Assembly: GCA_951406725.2 (NCBI GenBank)
Contig: OX597815.1
Location: 136,896,001-136,960,000 of the forward strand
DNA from: Octopus vulgaris
Taxonomy: Eukaryota
Reading direction: 5' to 3'
Length of the DNA: 64,000 nucleotides
The notes under the pieces: model-generated
Database searches by the model: none
Told to the model about the DNA's origin: nothing
The model's input: the letters and a program-made list of their open reading frames with translations, nothing else
Position numbers and translations under genes: made by a program
Shown here: one piece after another, positions 13,340-25,529 of the stretch
Layout: each line of letters starts with the position of its first letter
Numbering within the stretch: position 1 is the first letter of the stretch

Positions 13340-14624
13340 TTTGTGTGCATGTATGTTCGCATCATTAAACTGGAATAGTGATTTTTGTCATTCAATAATA
13401 TTGAGCAATTCAGCTTTATTCATTTTTAATACATTTCTACGGGTAACAAAACTTGTAGAAATGCACGAACGATTGTGGTGGCACCATGTAGTAAACATGC
13501 TTCAGATACACTCATTTATTCATACAATCGTAACTGAGATGAAATATGTTATAAATAACAGTGACAAACGAAATATACACCGCCGGAAGTTGTTGTTGAC
13601 AAACAACAGCAGTAATTTTATTCAGCTGAATACACGTCATTGATTGGTTGAAATTACCGAAATACGACAACTTTAACACGAAATAATTTTGAAAATACAA
13701 ACCTTTCTCGAAAACAGTACGAGTGAAATATGTTTTATATGAAACATTCTATCAGTGTCCGAACTTCGAAAGTGCTTTTCTGTCACGCAATTCAATCCCA
13801 GTTACTGCATAATCTTCACTCGATACAAAGCCTTTAACAACAGAGAACGTTTCCTCTTCATATGAGATGAACCCTACTTCACCGGTCTAGCATAAAAAAT
13901 TCCCTTGCATATATTGTGATTATTTACCCACGAATGGGCACACCACAGATGTTTTTGAGACCTATCTTATTTTTAGTGCGTTTTATTAGCTTTCAAATAT
14001 ATAACGTTGTGATATACTTAGTTTCTGACGTGTTGAAATGGATTCCTGTTCTTAACTTTTAGGTTCAATTTTACTACATTTCTAAATTTGCACGTTTCAT
14101 TACTAAAATCACACGTGTTATTGTAATTTTTTTTATCTCTTTTGTCATGAGTCTCGGATGTGAAGGCTCAGGAAGTTGCGTCAATAATACTTTATAAAGC
14201 TATCGATGATTCCCCCAATAACTAAGTGAAAATGAAATACAGATTTGGGAGTTCTTAAATGAATAAAATGACTCTTCCCCGTTGAAAATGTGAGACATAT
14301 TTGTGTGCGTGTTTGTGTGTTTATGTATTTATATATGTGTCCATACGCATATGTATTTATTTAGAGAGTAGCAGTCAAGTACTAAGGTCGTTGAAATCGA
14401 CTTACCTTTTCCACTCAAAATGGCTGATTTTGTGCTAATATTAGAAAGAAGTTATTAAAGGGTCGAGATACAGCAATAATATCCATATGTTTATTTATAT
14501 ATTCTTATATATGTATACGTGTGTGCGCACTTGTTCGTCGGTATTTTTTAATCGAGACTTTGAAATATTTATATATGGGAAAACACCCATATAAAATATC
14601 ATTAACGAACATATATATATATAT

Positions 14625-14843
14625 ATTCTTGTTTGTCATTTGACTGCGGCCATGCTGGAGCCACCTTTAGTCGAGCAAATCAAACCCAGGACTTATTCTT
14701 TGTACATACATATATATATTTACGTCTAACAAATCCACTCACAAAGGTTTTGGTCGGCCCGAGGCTATAGTAGAATACACTTGCCGAAGATGCCACGCAG
14801 TGGGACTGTACCCCGAACCATGTGGTTGGTAAGCAAGCTACTT
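14625..14843 (-). mobile_element. SINE family B, 3' part (split by U3 and U4)
   Basis: Reverse complement of the SINE B body, ending at GTAAGCAAGCTACTT (14829-14843). Confidence 0.9.
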
Positions 14844-16571
14844 TATTTCATTGCATTTTCCATTAAGGCAGTACATAAAGTGTAGCTTTGCGGGCTAGAC
14901 AAGAACATTAATGAAGTAAATGATAATGAAACGAAGATAATAAGGATGGGAGAAGACAAAAAGCGCCCGCCGACTTTTGCTTCTCTAAAACATTGTTCTT
15001 CAGAAAAATACAAAATGATGCATTAAACCGCTTACAATAGTTTTTACGATTTAAAACACGTAGTTGGGGCAATAAACCTCTTACCACAGTTTCTACAATT
15101 TAAAACACATAGTTGAGGCAATTAAGTTCCTTCCTCCCCGACCAGGCTGTACGCTACAATAGGCACTGCTCCAGGTCCAGGTCGAGGCCCCGGAATGCAA
15201 ATCTGAACATTCCTTAGAGAAAGCTTCTATCACCCTGAACATACCGACATCCGATATGACCTTCATAGTCACCTGCGAATGCCAATCCTTGTCCTCTGTC
15301 CATGGCATGGGCTCCTCACTCCGGTCATCCAGCTACTCTACGAAGCTCTGTACTGTCCCGCCCTTCTACAAGAAGATGACAAACTCCTTTTTTCTCCTTC
15401 CAGGAGGGGCCGCTGTTTCCTCTGTCGGCGGCAGGCATCCCATCGACAAATTTCCGGGCATGCCTGCAGTTCACCATCAACCGCCGGCAATGTTCCATTC
15501 TTCTCCTTTTTTTTCGTTTCCGCTTTTCCTTTACGACGGGAGAGTGGACTTCCTCCGTCTTGTCTGGAAGTTCTTCTATTCCTTCCGCTGCCTCAGGATC
15601 CATTGATGGGCAACCATTGTTGCCCACCTTTCTTTTTCTCCCCTTCTTTTTTTATGGGGTTGCCTCCTCCTCGATTTCCTCCCTCTCTCCTTCCCATCCA
15701 ATGAGGGAGCAGGGGGCTCTTCTATTAACTTTTCCAGGACCTTTGCTTGGTGCCGGAGACAGTTTTTGTTTATGTGGCCCAATACCAGGCACAGGAAACA
15801 CTTGAGGGGAGCGGCGTCTCTTAAATATCACTAGGTGCCCGGAACAGGCCATTGTTAAAAATGGGAGAACACAGCTATGGTGTCGAGGGACGTAGAATAC
15901 GTCCTCAACACCACCGTTCTCGCATTAAAATTTTTTAGCCACTGCTTGGGAGCCAAAATTTGCCACTCCAATACAGTGTTTTTAGTTGTCATGATGACAA
16001 AACAGAGCAAATAAAAAATGCTCAAAATAAAAGTTCAAAAAAGTTTCAAATGAAAAATCAATAAGCAACTCAAAAAAAAAAGAACGGAAAGATAGAGCAA
16101 AGAACGAAGGAAGACAGTTCAATTGAAACACTATTCCGCCACTTAGGTAGTCCATACCAATGTAGGTTCGCCAACGCAGCACAAAAATATTCTAATTTTG
16201 GTTTCTCCCAGCTAAGTGAGACTTTAAACACAAAACACAGCGATTTTTCTGGCCGTCCCGGTACTTCAGGCCAATTGGTAATCCTCCTGGCGGAAATAGT
16301 TGGAAATAACACAATTTTCGGAGAGACACGCCTCTCAAAACAAACCTCTCACAACCAAGTGAGACTTTAAGCACGACCACTGGCAGACAAATGCATAGAA
16401 TCCAGTGGAGACCTCTTGTTCGACAAAGAATAAATAATACCAGCAACATAACCCCACTAGGTCCCAGAAAATCAGACATCTTACCTAGTAGTTGTGCTTC
16501 ACTATTTCTCGACGTTGACACTCACCGACGTGACTTCCACCGCGAAAAAAATGCGCCCTCTCTGTACTGAA
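14844..16571 (-). mobile_element. SINE-targeting ORF1-only retroelement, unit U3
   Basis: Flanked by GTAAGCAAGCTACTT at 14829-14843 and 16572-16586; ORF1 remnants NTVLEWQILAPKQWLKNFNARTVVLRTYS and KCFLCLVLGHINKNC (CCHC). Confidence 0.88.
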
Positions 16572-16586
16572 GTAAGCAAGCTACTT

Positions 16587-18085
16587 TTATTCATTGAATT
16601 TGCCATGTAGGCAGCATATAGATAAGGTAATTTTGCAGGCTGGACACAAACAGTGATGAGGCGAATGAGTATGATACAAAAATGATAAAGATGGGAGAAG
16701 ACAGAAAGCGCCCGCCGACATTCTGCTTCTCTAAAATATTGTTCTTTAAAAACGCATATACAGAGGCATTAACCCTCTTACAATTACAAATACAATATAT
16801 TTGGACTAAAAAGTCTATACAATTATAAAACACAATTTATACACAAAATGAAGACGATAAACCTCTACAATCCTTCTCCGAGTAATTTTCTTGCAACTTG
16901 CAGGCATTCATGCAACCGCAATCCGGGGCTCCACAAAAGAATTCTATAATTCTCGTTTTTACACGAGTCAGTTATAAGATCACAGTACTTTCTTTCCAGC
17001 ACCAGAGCATCCACCTGCGGAGGCCACTCTAGGCTGTCGATACAAGTCGGGTTTCCCAGGACCCGACTACCCATATTATTCTCAACGAAACTGTCAATAA
17101 CTCTTCCCCTGAGATAGAACATATATTCTTCATCACTTTCACTGGGAGGGGCCTCAACTCCCTCTCTCAGTGGCACACATCTCACTGACGAGGTTATCTT
17201 CTCCCCCCTCCGGTGGCACATATCCCACCGATGGAGTTTCGAGACATGCCGTTGCCAGCAATGCCCCGTTTTTCTTCTTTCTCTTCTTTTTTCCTTTTTC
17301 GACGGGAGGGTTGAGTTCCTCCGATATCTCTGGAGGATCCTCCCTCCCCTCGCCGTTTCAGGTCCATCGGCGGGCAACCATTCTTGCCCACCTTTTTTCT
17401 TTTCTTCCCTTTTGTTTTCGAGCAGGTTACCTCCTCCTCGACTTTTTCCTCCACTGGGGGAGCAGGGGACACCGTTTCAAAGAACTGTTCCAGGACACTT
17501 GCCTGGTCCCGGCAACAGTTCTTCTTTATATGGCCCGATTCCAGGCACAAGTAAGCCTTGGGGGAACGTTCCTCAACCATCACCGGGTAACTGGAACCGG
17601 CCATTGTTAAAAAATCTGGTAAAATCAGATCATCGGCTGATTGGGTCCGTAGGGTCAAAATTGTTTTTTGACCCGACCCAATCAACCGCAGGCAACATTT
17701 TTACATTTAAGAGCCTGGCAGCTCTTAAATAGTGTCTTCTATCCACTCGGCCTCTATACCGGGTGGCAGCCCACACACCCAGGCTCTGCTCAACTTTTCT
17801 ACAAACTCAGACATAGAAAATTCCAAAACATTTTCGAAGGGACACGCCTCCCAAAATAAACACAATTTTCACTTCGAAGTGAGTCTTCTTCCACAACCAC
17901 TGGCAAACAAATGCCTGGAACCCAGTGGAAACCCCGTTCGAAAAAATTCTTAAATACAAACAGCAAACCCCACTAAGGTCCCAAAAAAACAAATGCTTTA
18001 CCTGCGATCGTGCTTCAAATGTTCGGTTTTTCACGTACGACGTGACTTCCACCGCGACGAAAAACAACGCGACGACTTTGTAGCA
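16587..18085 (-). mobile_element. SINE-targeting ORF1-only retroelement, unit U4
   Basis: Flanked by the 15-mer at 16572-16586 and 18086-18100; ORF remnant YPVMVEERSPKAYLCLESGHIKKNC with basic/acidic C-terminal region. Confidence 0.88.
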
Positions 18086-18118
18086 GTAAGCGAGCTACTT
18101 ACCACACAGCCACTCCTG
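18086..18118 (-). mobile_element. SINE family B, 5' head (A box) displaced by the insertions
   Basis: Reverse complement CAGGAGTGGCTGTGTGGTAAGTAGCTCGCTTAC matches the SINE B heads at about 55045 and 55485. Confidence 0.88.
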
Positions 18119-18739
18119 CTATTGATAACAATTTTTTGCCTGATTTGAGTTTGTATGCTTCTATTTTTATAGGTCTATATCTGTGTGAATTGTTAGTTTA
18201 TTCAGTTACGTGTTTGTCCGTGATTATATACGTGTGTATATTTTGATTTCTAATCTTCTGTATCAACACTATAAGTTTTGTTTTGTAAACCCCAATAGGA
18301 CTAATCTCAATAAAACATTTCGAGAAACTTTGTGATATTGATTTTAATTAAAATTTCCTTTGCGTTTTGTACAGTCCAATTCAATTTCACGACCCATTAG
18401 CAATAAAATATTAAAATATTAAAAAAAATAAATTCTTGTTCAATCTAATATATTTTTCTGACTTTTTAAAAATGATTTCGTTGTCGAAACCAATTGCTTC
18501 ACTTTGATTTTTTCCCTATACTTCGTTTCCAATCACGTATTAATCGAACTCTATGCTTACAACTTACTAAGCATAGTAATCTTTTTAAATTTCATAGGAA
18601 AACATTTATCGGCATTATTCAAATGGAATAATCCCTCACAATATATTGTTTTGAATTACTTTAAAATAGAGTTCAAATTCCGTTGAAGTTGAATCTACTG
18701 TTCATTTTTTCGGAGTCAATAAAGTAAGAACCATTCAAG

Positions 18740-19642
18740 TACTAGAGTGATAATATCGACTCCCTACACCCTTCAGAAACTCCAGGCGGCCCCAGGAGAT
18801 TTGGAGAGGATGGTGGAATCCATCTCAGTCGGAGAATATGTAAAGCTGAGTCTCATGGCGGGTGGCAGGACGCCCCGATGCTTTAAATGCGGCGAAAAAG
18901 GCCACATAAAGGCAGATTGCCCTCCACCTAGCACAAGGGCACCAAATGTGGAAACCGCACCTCAACCTCCTGCGCCGTTGTGTGTGTGTGAGGTGGAGCT
19001 GGAGAAGGGAGAAGGAAACCAAGAGGAATGGAGTGCACAAGCCAAAAAGAGAAAAGAGGAAAGAAAAGAACTGAGTGAAAAATGTGATCCCCCACCTGAT
19101 CCCTTGCTGTCCCACCATACCCTTGTAGTCAGAAACCCTCATCATGCACCCCTCCCCCTGACACAGAACTTGTACAGACATCACATACCCGAAATTCCCC
19201 AACTCCCTCCCCAAAAAATGTGTTACGCCATAATGTATAGCAATGCGAACAAAAAACTGAGAAGTGAAATAAAAAAAGAAAATAGACTCACCTGTATCGA
19301 TGGACGTGACGGAAGATAAAGGTTTACCCGAGAACTCCGGATGCGCCTGGTGAGTGAGGAGGAAATGAACGGTCTGATTAAAGAGTATGGTGCAAAAATG
19401 TTGGACCTAAGAATGGAAACTAAGTCAAGTAAGTTACCACCAATCGTGGACTTTAGTAACCTATATATTCATTGCTTAAAAAGGTTTAAATGAAGTCGCT
19501 AGGACGTCGGGTCGAGTGGCCTTCATTCCATTTCATTATTCATATTTTCCGTTCGTTTTTCCTTCATTGTCCCCACTTATATTTTTGTCTGGTCTTGTAT
19601 TGCCCCCTCTATTTTTATCCTCATGTGAGCAATAAAGAAATT
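18740..19642 (+). mobile_element. 5'-truncated ORF1-only retroelement U5 (distant relative of U1-U4)
   Basis: ORF 18747-19319 has an intact CCHC knuckle GRTPRCFKCGEKGHIKADCP; runs into a pyrimidine-rich 3'UTR and AATAAA (19631-19636) with no ORF2. Confidence 0.75.
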
Positions 19643-19998
19643 ACACTCTTCAAAAACTGCTATCACTGTGCCAACATTTGAAACCATTATTTCAAAATAA
19701 AGGTGACCAGGGGGTAGAAGTGTTAGCGCATTAGACAAAATGCTTTGCGACAAGTTTTCTGAAATCAAATTTCGCGAAATTCTTCTTCAGCATCATATAC
19801 GGGAAAAGGGAAGGCAACAAGTAGGTAAGCGGGTGCTTCGAACTGAATTGGTGTGTTTACACCTATACAAGTACAGCAAAACATTTTCTCCGTAACAAAA
19901 TAGTGAATGTCTTTCTTACGGTTTTGAATATGACTTACACATATCTAAAATAGTAAAAAGTTTGTATCACTGCTAAATGATTCTGTTACGAATATATA

Positions 19999-20064
<66 letters not shown>

Positions 20065-20662
20065 TCCCAACACCGCTTGGTTTGTTTACGTAAAGGTAAT
20101 GTAGATCTTTGGAGAAAAAAAAGGATAGAAGAAAATAAGCACTAAGATCGATTTGTTCCACTATAACTTTCAAGATGATGGTCCAGTATGGCCGCAGTCC
20201 AGTGATTGAAATAAGGAAAAGATAGGAGATATACATATCATTTTTACTATATTGAAAGCCAATTGAATCTGTGCAGTTATAAGGATAAGTGACTAAATTA
20301 CTGTGCGTAGCATTTCAACTGACTTCTCCAAACGTCTGATATGTGATAACGCTAGAATGTTAGATCTCATAACAATCTATATAATCATAACACTAACCTT
20401 GAGGGAAAATGAATGCCTAAAAAATATAAAAATAATCTTCAATTTGCAGTATACCACTTATTTGTCGTAGCTATTTTCCTTCTTTTACATATTTTCCGAA
20501 TTATTCTTAAGTGGTTATAGAAATGAAAGCAGATGTGCCCTATTAGGAGAAATATTACCACTATCAAAATAAGTCATCACAATCACATGCTTACTGATGA
20601 GATTTACAATTTTCTAAATGTTTTATTCTTATCGAACGAGACAACCGGAAAATGTAACAAAA

Positions 20663-21050
20663 AGTGTGGTAAGTAGCTTGCTAACCAACCACATGGTTCC
20701 GGGTTCAGTCCCTCTGCGTGGCATCTTGGGCAAGTGTCTTCTGCTATAGCCCCGGGCCGACCAATGCCTTGTGAGTGGATTTGGTAGACGGAAACTGAAA
20801 GAAGCCTGTCGTATATATGTATGTATATATGTATGTGTTTGTGTGTCTGTGTTTGTCCCCCTAACATCGCTTGACAACCGATGCTGGTGTGTTTACGTCC
20901 CCGTCACTTAGCGGTTCGGCAAAAAAGAGACCGATAGAATAAGTACTGGGCTTACAAAGAGTAAGTCCCGGGGTCGATTTGCTCGACTAAAGGCGATGCT
21001 CCAACATGGCCACAATCAAATGACTGAAACAAGTAAAAGAGTAAAAGAGT
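20663..21050 (+). mobile_element. SINE family B, uninterrupted
   Basis: GTGTGGTAAGTAGCTTGCTAACC...GGTTCAGTCCC...tail (GTAAAAGA)n. Confidence 0.92.
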
Positions 21051-21760
21051 ATGGAAGGGAAAGGAATGAGACACATTTTTAGCAGTACGGTAAAAATGCC
21101 TTTCAAATTTGTTTAAGAATTCAGATTATGTCCACAAAACAACTTAGGTACACCACACAAATATAGTAAATGTTTTCCAATTAATCCATTTTATCGAATA
21201 CGCTCTTGTTATTGTTGTTTGTGGTCGCACATACCCTTACTGATGAAGCGAAATCGTCACTGAATTTCATTCATGATATAAATTAGAATAATGATGCTGC
21301 TAAGAGTCGAAGTTGTAAAATACACCATTTAATTTTAAATGCAACACAATCGTATACTGTCAACAATCTAGCCAACAGAATTCAAACGAGAACAAACATA
21401 TCGAAAACCGATTCTGAGATTGACTAAAGAATACTATGGGATAGCAAACATTATATTCGAACTTGTTGTCAGTCAATCTGGTCTAAGTAATAATTACATT
21501 GTTGTGTCTGCAAGCACTGTTATGCGATAAATCACTATTTTCTAATGACAATTAACATTAAATGGGGAAATTGTTAATGAAAAACTACAATTATTGGTAG
21601 ACACACTTATTGTACTACTCGTGTTGAGATGATTTATAGTGTTCTCCACTTTAGCAGGTACGAACCTCCTTCAATTTGTTCCATTCATTTTCAATTCTTT
21701 TTCTCTTTATGTCTTACAGGAAGGGAATTCCTATCTTCTGTACATACACACACACACACA

Positions 21761-21850
<90 letters not shown>

Positions 21851-21875
21851 TAGATGGATATACATAGATAAAGAG

Positions 21876-21920
<45 letters not shown>

Positions 21921-21924
<4 letters not shown>

Positions 21925-22085
21925 GACAGAGAGAAAGAGAGATAAATATATATATATAAAAATAGATATAAAACTTCCTTTCGTAATGAGATAAAAAACC
22001 AAGGCTGTGTAGATTCTAGAACATTTATAAATAGAAGGTCTTACAGGTGTTTCTATGATATACCTTTGGGTGTCACTGACACCAT
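21921..22085. repeat. Dispersed repeat, second copy at 25341-25503
   Basis: Near-identical AAATAGATATAAAA...CAAGGCTGTGTAGA..CTAGAACATTTATAAATAG...GTCACTGACACCAT; class unresolved. Confidence 0.75.
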
Positions 22086-22110
22086 TACCTCTCGTAACCT
22101 CTGTTTCTGG

Positions 22111-22140
<30 letters not shown>

Positions 22141-22144
<4 letters not shown>

Positions 22145-22299
22145 CCTTTGTCTTTCCCTTGGATAACACTGGTGGCGTGGAGAGGGGAGGCTGGTATGCA
22201 TGGGCGACTGCTGGCCTTCCGTAAACAACCTTGCCCGGACTTGTGTCTAGGAGGGTAACTTTCTAGGTGCAATCCCATGGTCATTCATGACCGAAGGGG

Positions 22300-22302
<3 letters not shown>
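22141..22302 (+). mobile_element. SINE family C, 3' half
   Basis: Matches 63015-63170 (GGAGAGGGGAGGC...GACCGAAGGGGGT). Confidence 0.85.
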
Positions 22303-22360
<58 letters not shown>

Positions 22361-22622
22361 GATAGATAGATACATACATACATACATAGATATGTATATA
22401 TATATGCATAGATATATATGTATATATATATATATGTGTGTGTGTGTGCGTGTGTGTGTGTGCATAAATTAGAAAACAACCACCTTTTATCAATTCCATA
22501 ATGAAAAATTAAATTATACTATCTAGAAAATTACATATTATACAAAGTTTAAATATATGATAAAACATATAACGATGATTAAGTAATGTGCAAAATAATA
22601 AATAAAACGTTTATATATATAT

Positions 22623-24286
22623 AAACTTAGATAAACTTAGATATGTTTCGACCTATGATTGGTCCAGGCCATGTCTAACTTAATAGCACCACCTGATAGG
22701 ATTATTTGAATCCTGTTTAAGTCAAGTTTTGTTTATGGTCCATTCAAGTAGTGAGTTTTTGTTGGGTAAGTGGTATCCAATTATGGGTGGCTTATCTGGT
22801 ATTCTTTGACGGAATCTATCCAGACTCCGTTTAAAGTTGATGGGATCCTGTTCCTCTTTGATCTCCCTCGGGACAATGTTAAATAGGGCAGGGCCTGTTG
22901 AGGAAAAGAAATTATGGTTTGTGTTGTACATGTATGCTGTGATCTTGAATTGGGCAGGGGAGGTACGGCCCGTGGTCCCAGTCTTGGATGAACCTTGAAG
23001 CTAATGTTCAGGTCGTTTGGGCAAAGTTGGCGGTATATTTTCCACATCGTACAAATGATGCACCGCTCATGGCGACGCTGGAGAGAGTAGAGTTTCAAGG
23101 CTTTAAGGCGATCCCAATAATCGAGAGCAGCCATGCCTTCAATTCGTTTAGTGAGTGCTCTCTGAGGTGATTCAATCCTCGAGATGTTTTGTCTTGTATG
23201 GGGAGACCACAGTGGGCAGCAGTATTCGAGGTGTGGCCGTACAAAGGAGAAGAAAAGTGGTATGATGACACCTTGTTCTCTGGACCGGAAAGTTCTTAAG
23301 ATCCAGGAACTCATCCTACGAGCTGTATCGACCTTCTTGTTGATGTGTGCACTCCAACTGAGATCGTCATCAACAATTATACCCAGGTCTCTGATATTGT
23401 TAGAGGCTGTGAGTGGTTCCCCTGAAGGAAGAGAGTATGGCTGTTTTAGTGAAAAATTTCTTCCAAAATGCATCAGCTCAAATTTTCCCTCGTTCAGTTG
23501 CATTTTGTTTCTGTCTGCCCATTGACTCACAGCATATAGATCAGACTGGAGTTGAGTTCGGTCTGCTTCTTCATTGACGATTTGCTGGAGCTTAGTGTCA
23601 TCAGCAAATATTTTCACTTTGCAGTAAAGTACGACACTGGAAAGGTCGTTTATGTCAGTCCCCTGGGGGACACCACTGGTGACTTTTGCTGGGCTTCAGT
23701 GGACTCCATCAACTACAACATGTTGTGTTCTATTCGCCAGGAAATACTTGATCCAGTGTAGAACTTTACCACGGATTCCAACATTTGCCAATTTTGAGAG
23801 TAGGATATTATGGTCTACCCTGTCGAACGCTTTATTGAAGTCAAGATATATGACATCAGAGTTCGAACCTGTTCCCAAGGCTTTGAGTACATCTGGTGTA
23901 AGAACTGTGTTAGACAGTCCCTGCCACAGCGAAAGCCATGCTGATTTGCATTTAGGAGTTTGTGGGTCTCCAGGAAGTCAGCTATCCTTGATCTTAACAC
24001 TCTTTCAAACACTTTGATGATATGGGAGGTGAGTGAGATTGGGCGATTGTTGAGTGCGAGGGATCTGTTTCCCTGTTTGAGAACCGGGATGACTGACTGG
24101 GAAAGAAACTGTTTCAGTATATAACCTGAGTCTAACAAATTTCTCCAGAGGTTGGTCAGAGGGACTGCAAGTTGGAGTCTACATTCCTTCAGGAGACTAG
24201 CGGGGAATCTATCAGGGCCTACAGCAGAGTAGTATTTGACCTCATTTATTGCTGCTATGATGTCAGTGGCAGTGAAGTTTATGTCT
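22623..24286 (-). mobile_element. 5'-truncated CR1-group LINE (RT and C-terminus), copy 1
   Basis: [34 protein letters not shown]; (ATCTAAGTTT)n tail; (TA)n on both sides. Confidence 0.95.
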
Positions 24287-24325
24287 ACATATATATATAT
24301 ATATAGCTAGATAGACAGATAGATA

Positions 24326-24366
<41 letters not shown>

Positions 24367-24484
24367 ATATAGATATAGATAGATATATAGATATATCTAT
24401 CTATATATATATAGGTATATATATATATATATATAGATAAATATATATATACCTACCAATATATATACATAGATAGATATAAAT

Positions 24485-25250
24485 ATGATGATGATGGTCG
24501 TCCACTCGTGACCGAGGAAGACCATTGCCGACCTTCGGAAACATGGTGCGCTCTAGGACTAACTTATATTTTGCATTTGCGTCTCCGTTGGTGGCTAATG
24601 AGCCCTGCTCTTGACAAGCATACACGACTGCAAACATTGCAGACCAAGCTTTCCCCATTCATTATATGAGCCGTGCGCTTTCGCGCATCTCACTTAAGTT
24701 CTTCATGCTGGATACGTGCTCTCTCAAAAGTGTCGATCTCCTCCTTAAACTGCTTCCTCCATCTGTGGCGATGACAGACATTGTTCTCCCAGTCAGTGTC
24801 CTGCATAACAAAGGCCTTTAACGAGGACTTGACACAGTCCTTAAATCGCAGCCTTGGTTCCTGCCGAAGTCTCCTTCCATTCACAAGTTCTCCATAGAGC
24901 ATCTGCTTAGGAATCCTTTTATCCTCCATTCTAATAAGGTGTCCAGTCCAACGCAACCGGTGATTGTGTACCATCGCCTCAATACTCAAGATATCAGCTG
25001 TCCTCGGGATCTGTGTGTCTGGAATTTTTTAGGTCCAGCCAATATTGAGAATGTGTCTGAGACATCTCTGATGAAAACGTTCAAGGACCCTTACCTGACG
25101 TTTGTACAGAGTACATGTCTCACATGAGTAGAGAAGCGATGTCAGTACACAAGCACAGTACACAGCAACTATTGTTCTCCTTGCGATGCCATGTTGTGAC
25201 CAGACACGAGACTGAAGAGACCGGAAGGAATTAGTTGCTCTCTGCAACCT
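24485..25250 (-). mobile_element. RTE-clade LINE 3' fragment
   Basis: LLYSCET...LERFHQRCLRHILNI; RLRWTGHLIRMEDKRIPKQMLYGEL...RFKDCVK; (CAT)n tail. Confidence 0.88.
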
Positions 25251-25255
25251 GAAAG

Positions 25256-25325
<70 letters not shown>

Positions 25326-25340
25326 GTATATATATATATA

Positions 25341-25503
25341 GGGTGAGAGAGAGAAAGAGAGAGAAATATATATATATAAAAATAGATATAAAATTTTTTT
25401 TCGTAATGAGATAAAAAAAACAAGGCTGTGTAGATGCTAGAACATTTATAAATAGGTCTTACAGCTGTTTCTGTGATATACCTTTGGGTCTCACTGACAC
25501 CAT
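25341..25503. repeat. Dispersed repeat, copy of 21921-22085
   Basis: Direct similarity. Confidence 0.75.
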
Positions 25504-25529
25504 ATATAAGCAAATATATATATATATAT

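Noticed and set aside
14829-18100. Repeated 15-mer read as a CRISPR-like array or as LTRs
   Set aside because: The repeat is SINE sequence, the intervals are kb-long homologous elements, and there are no LTRs, PBS, integrase or cas genes
21235-21275. CTGATGA-agc-GAAA hammerhead-like core
   Set aside because: No helix I pairing between the flanks and no usable helix II
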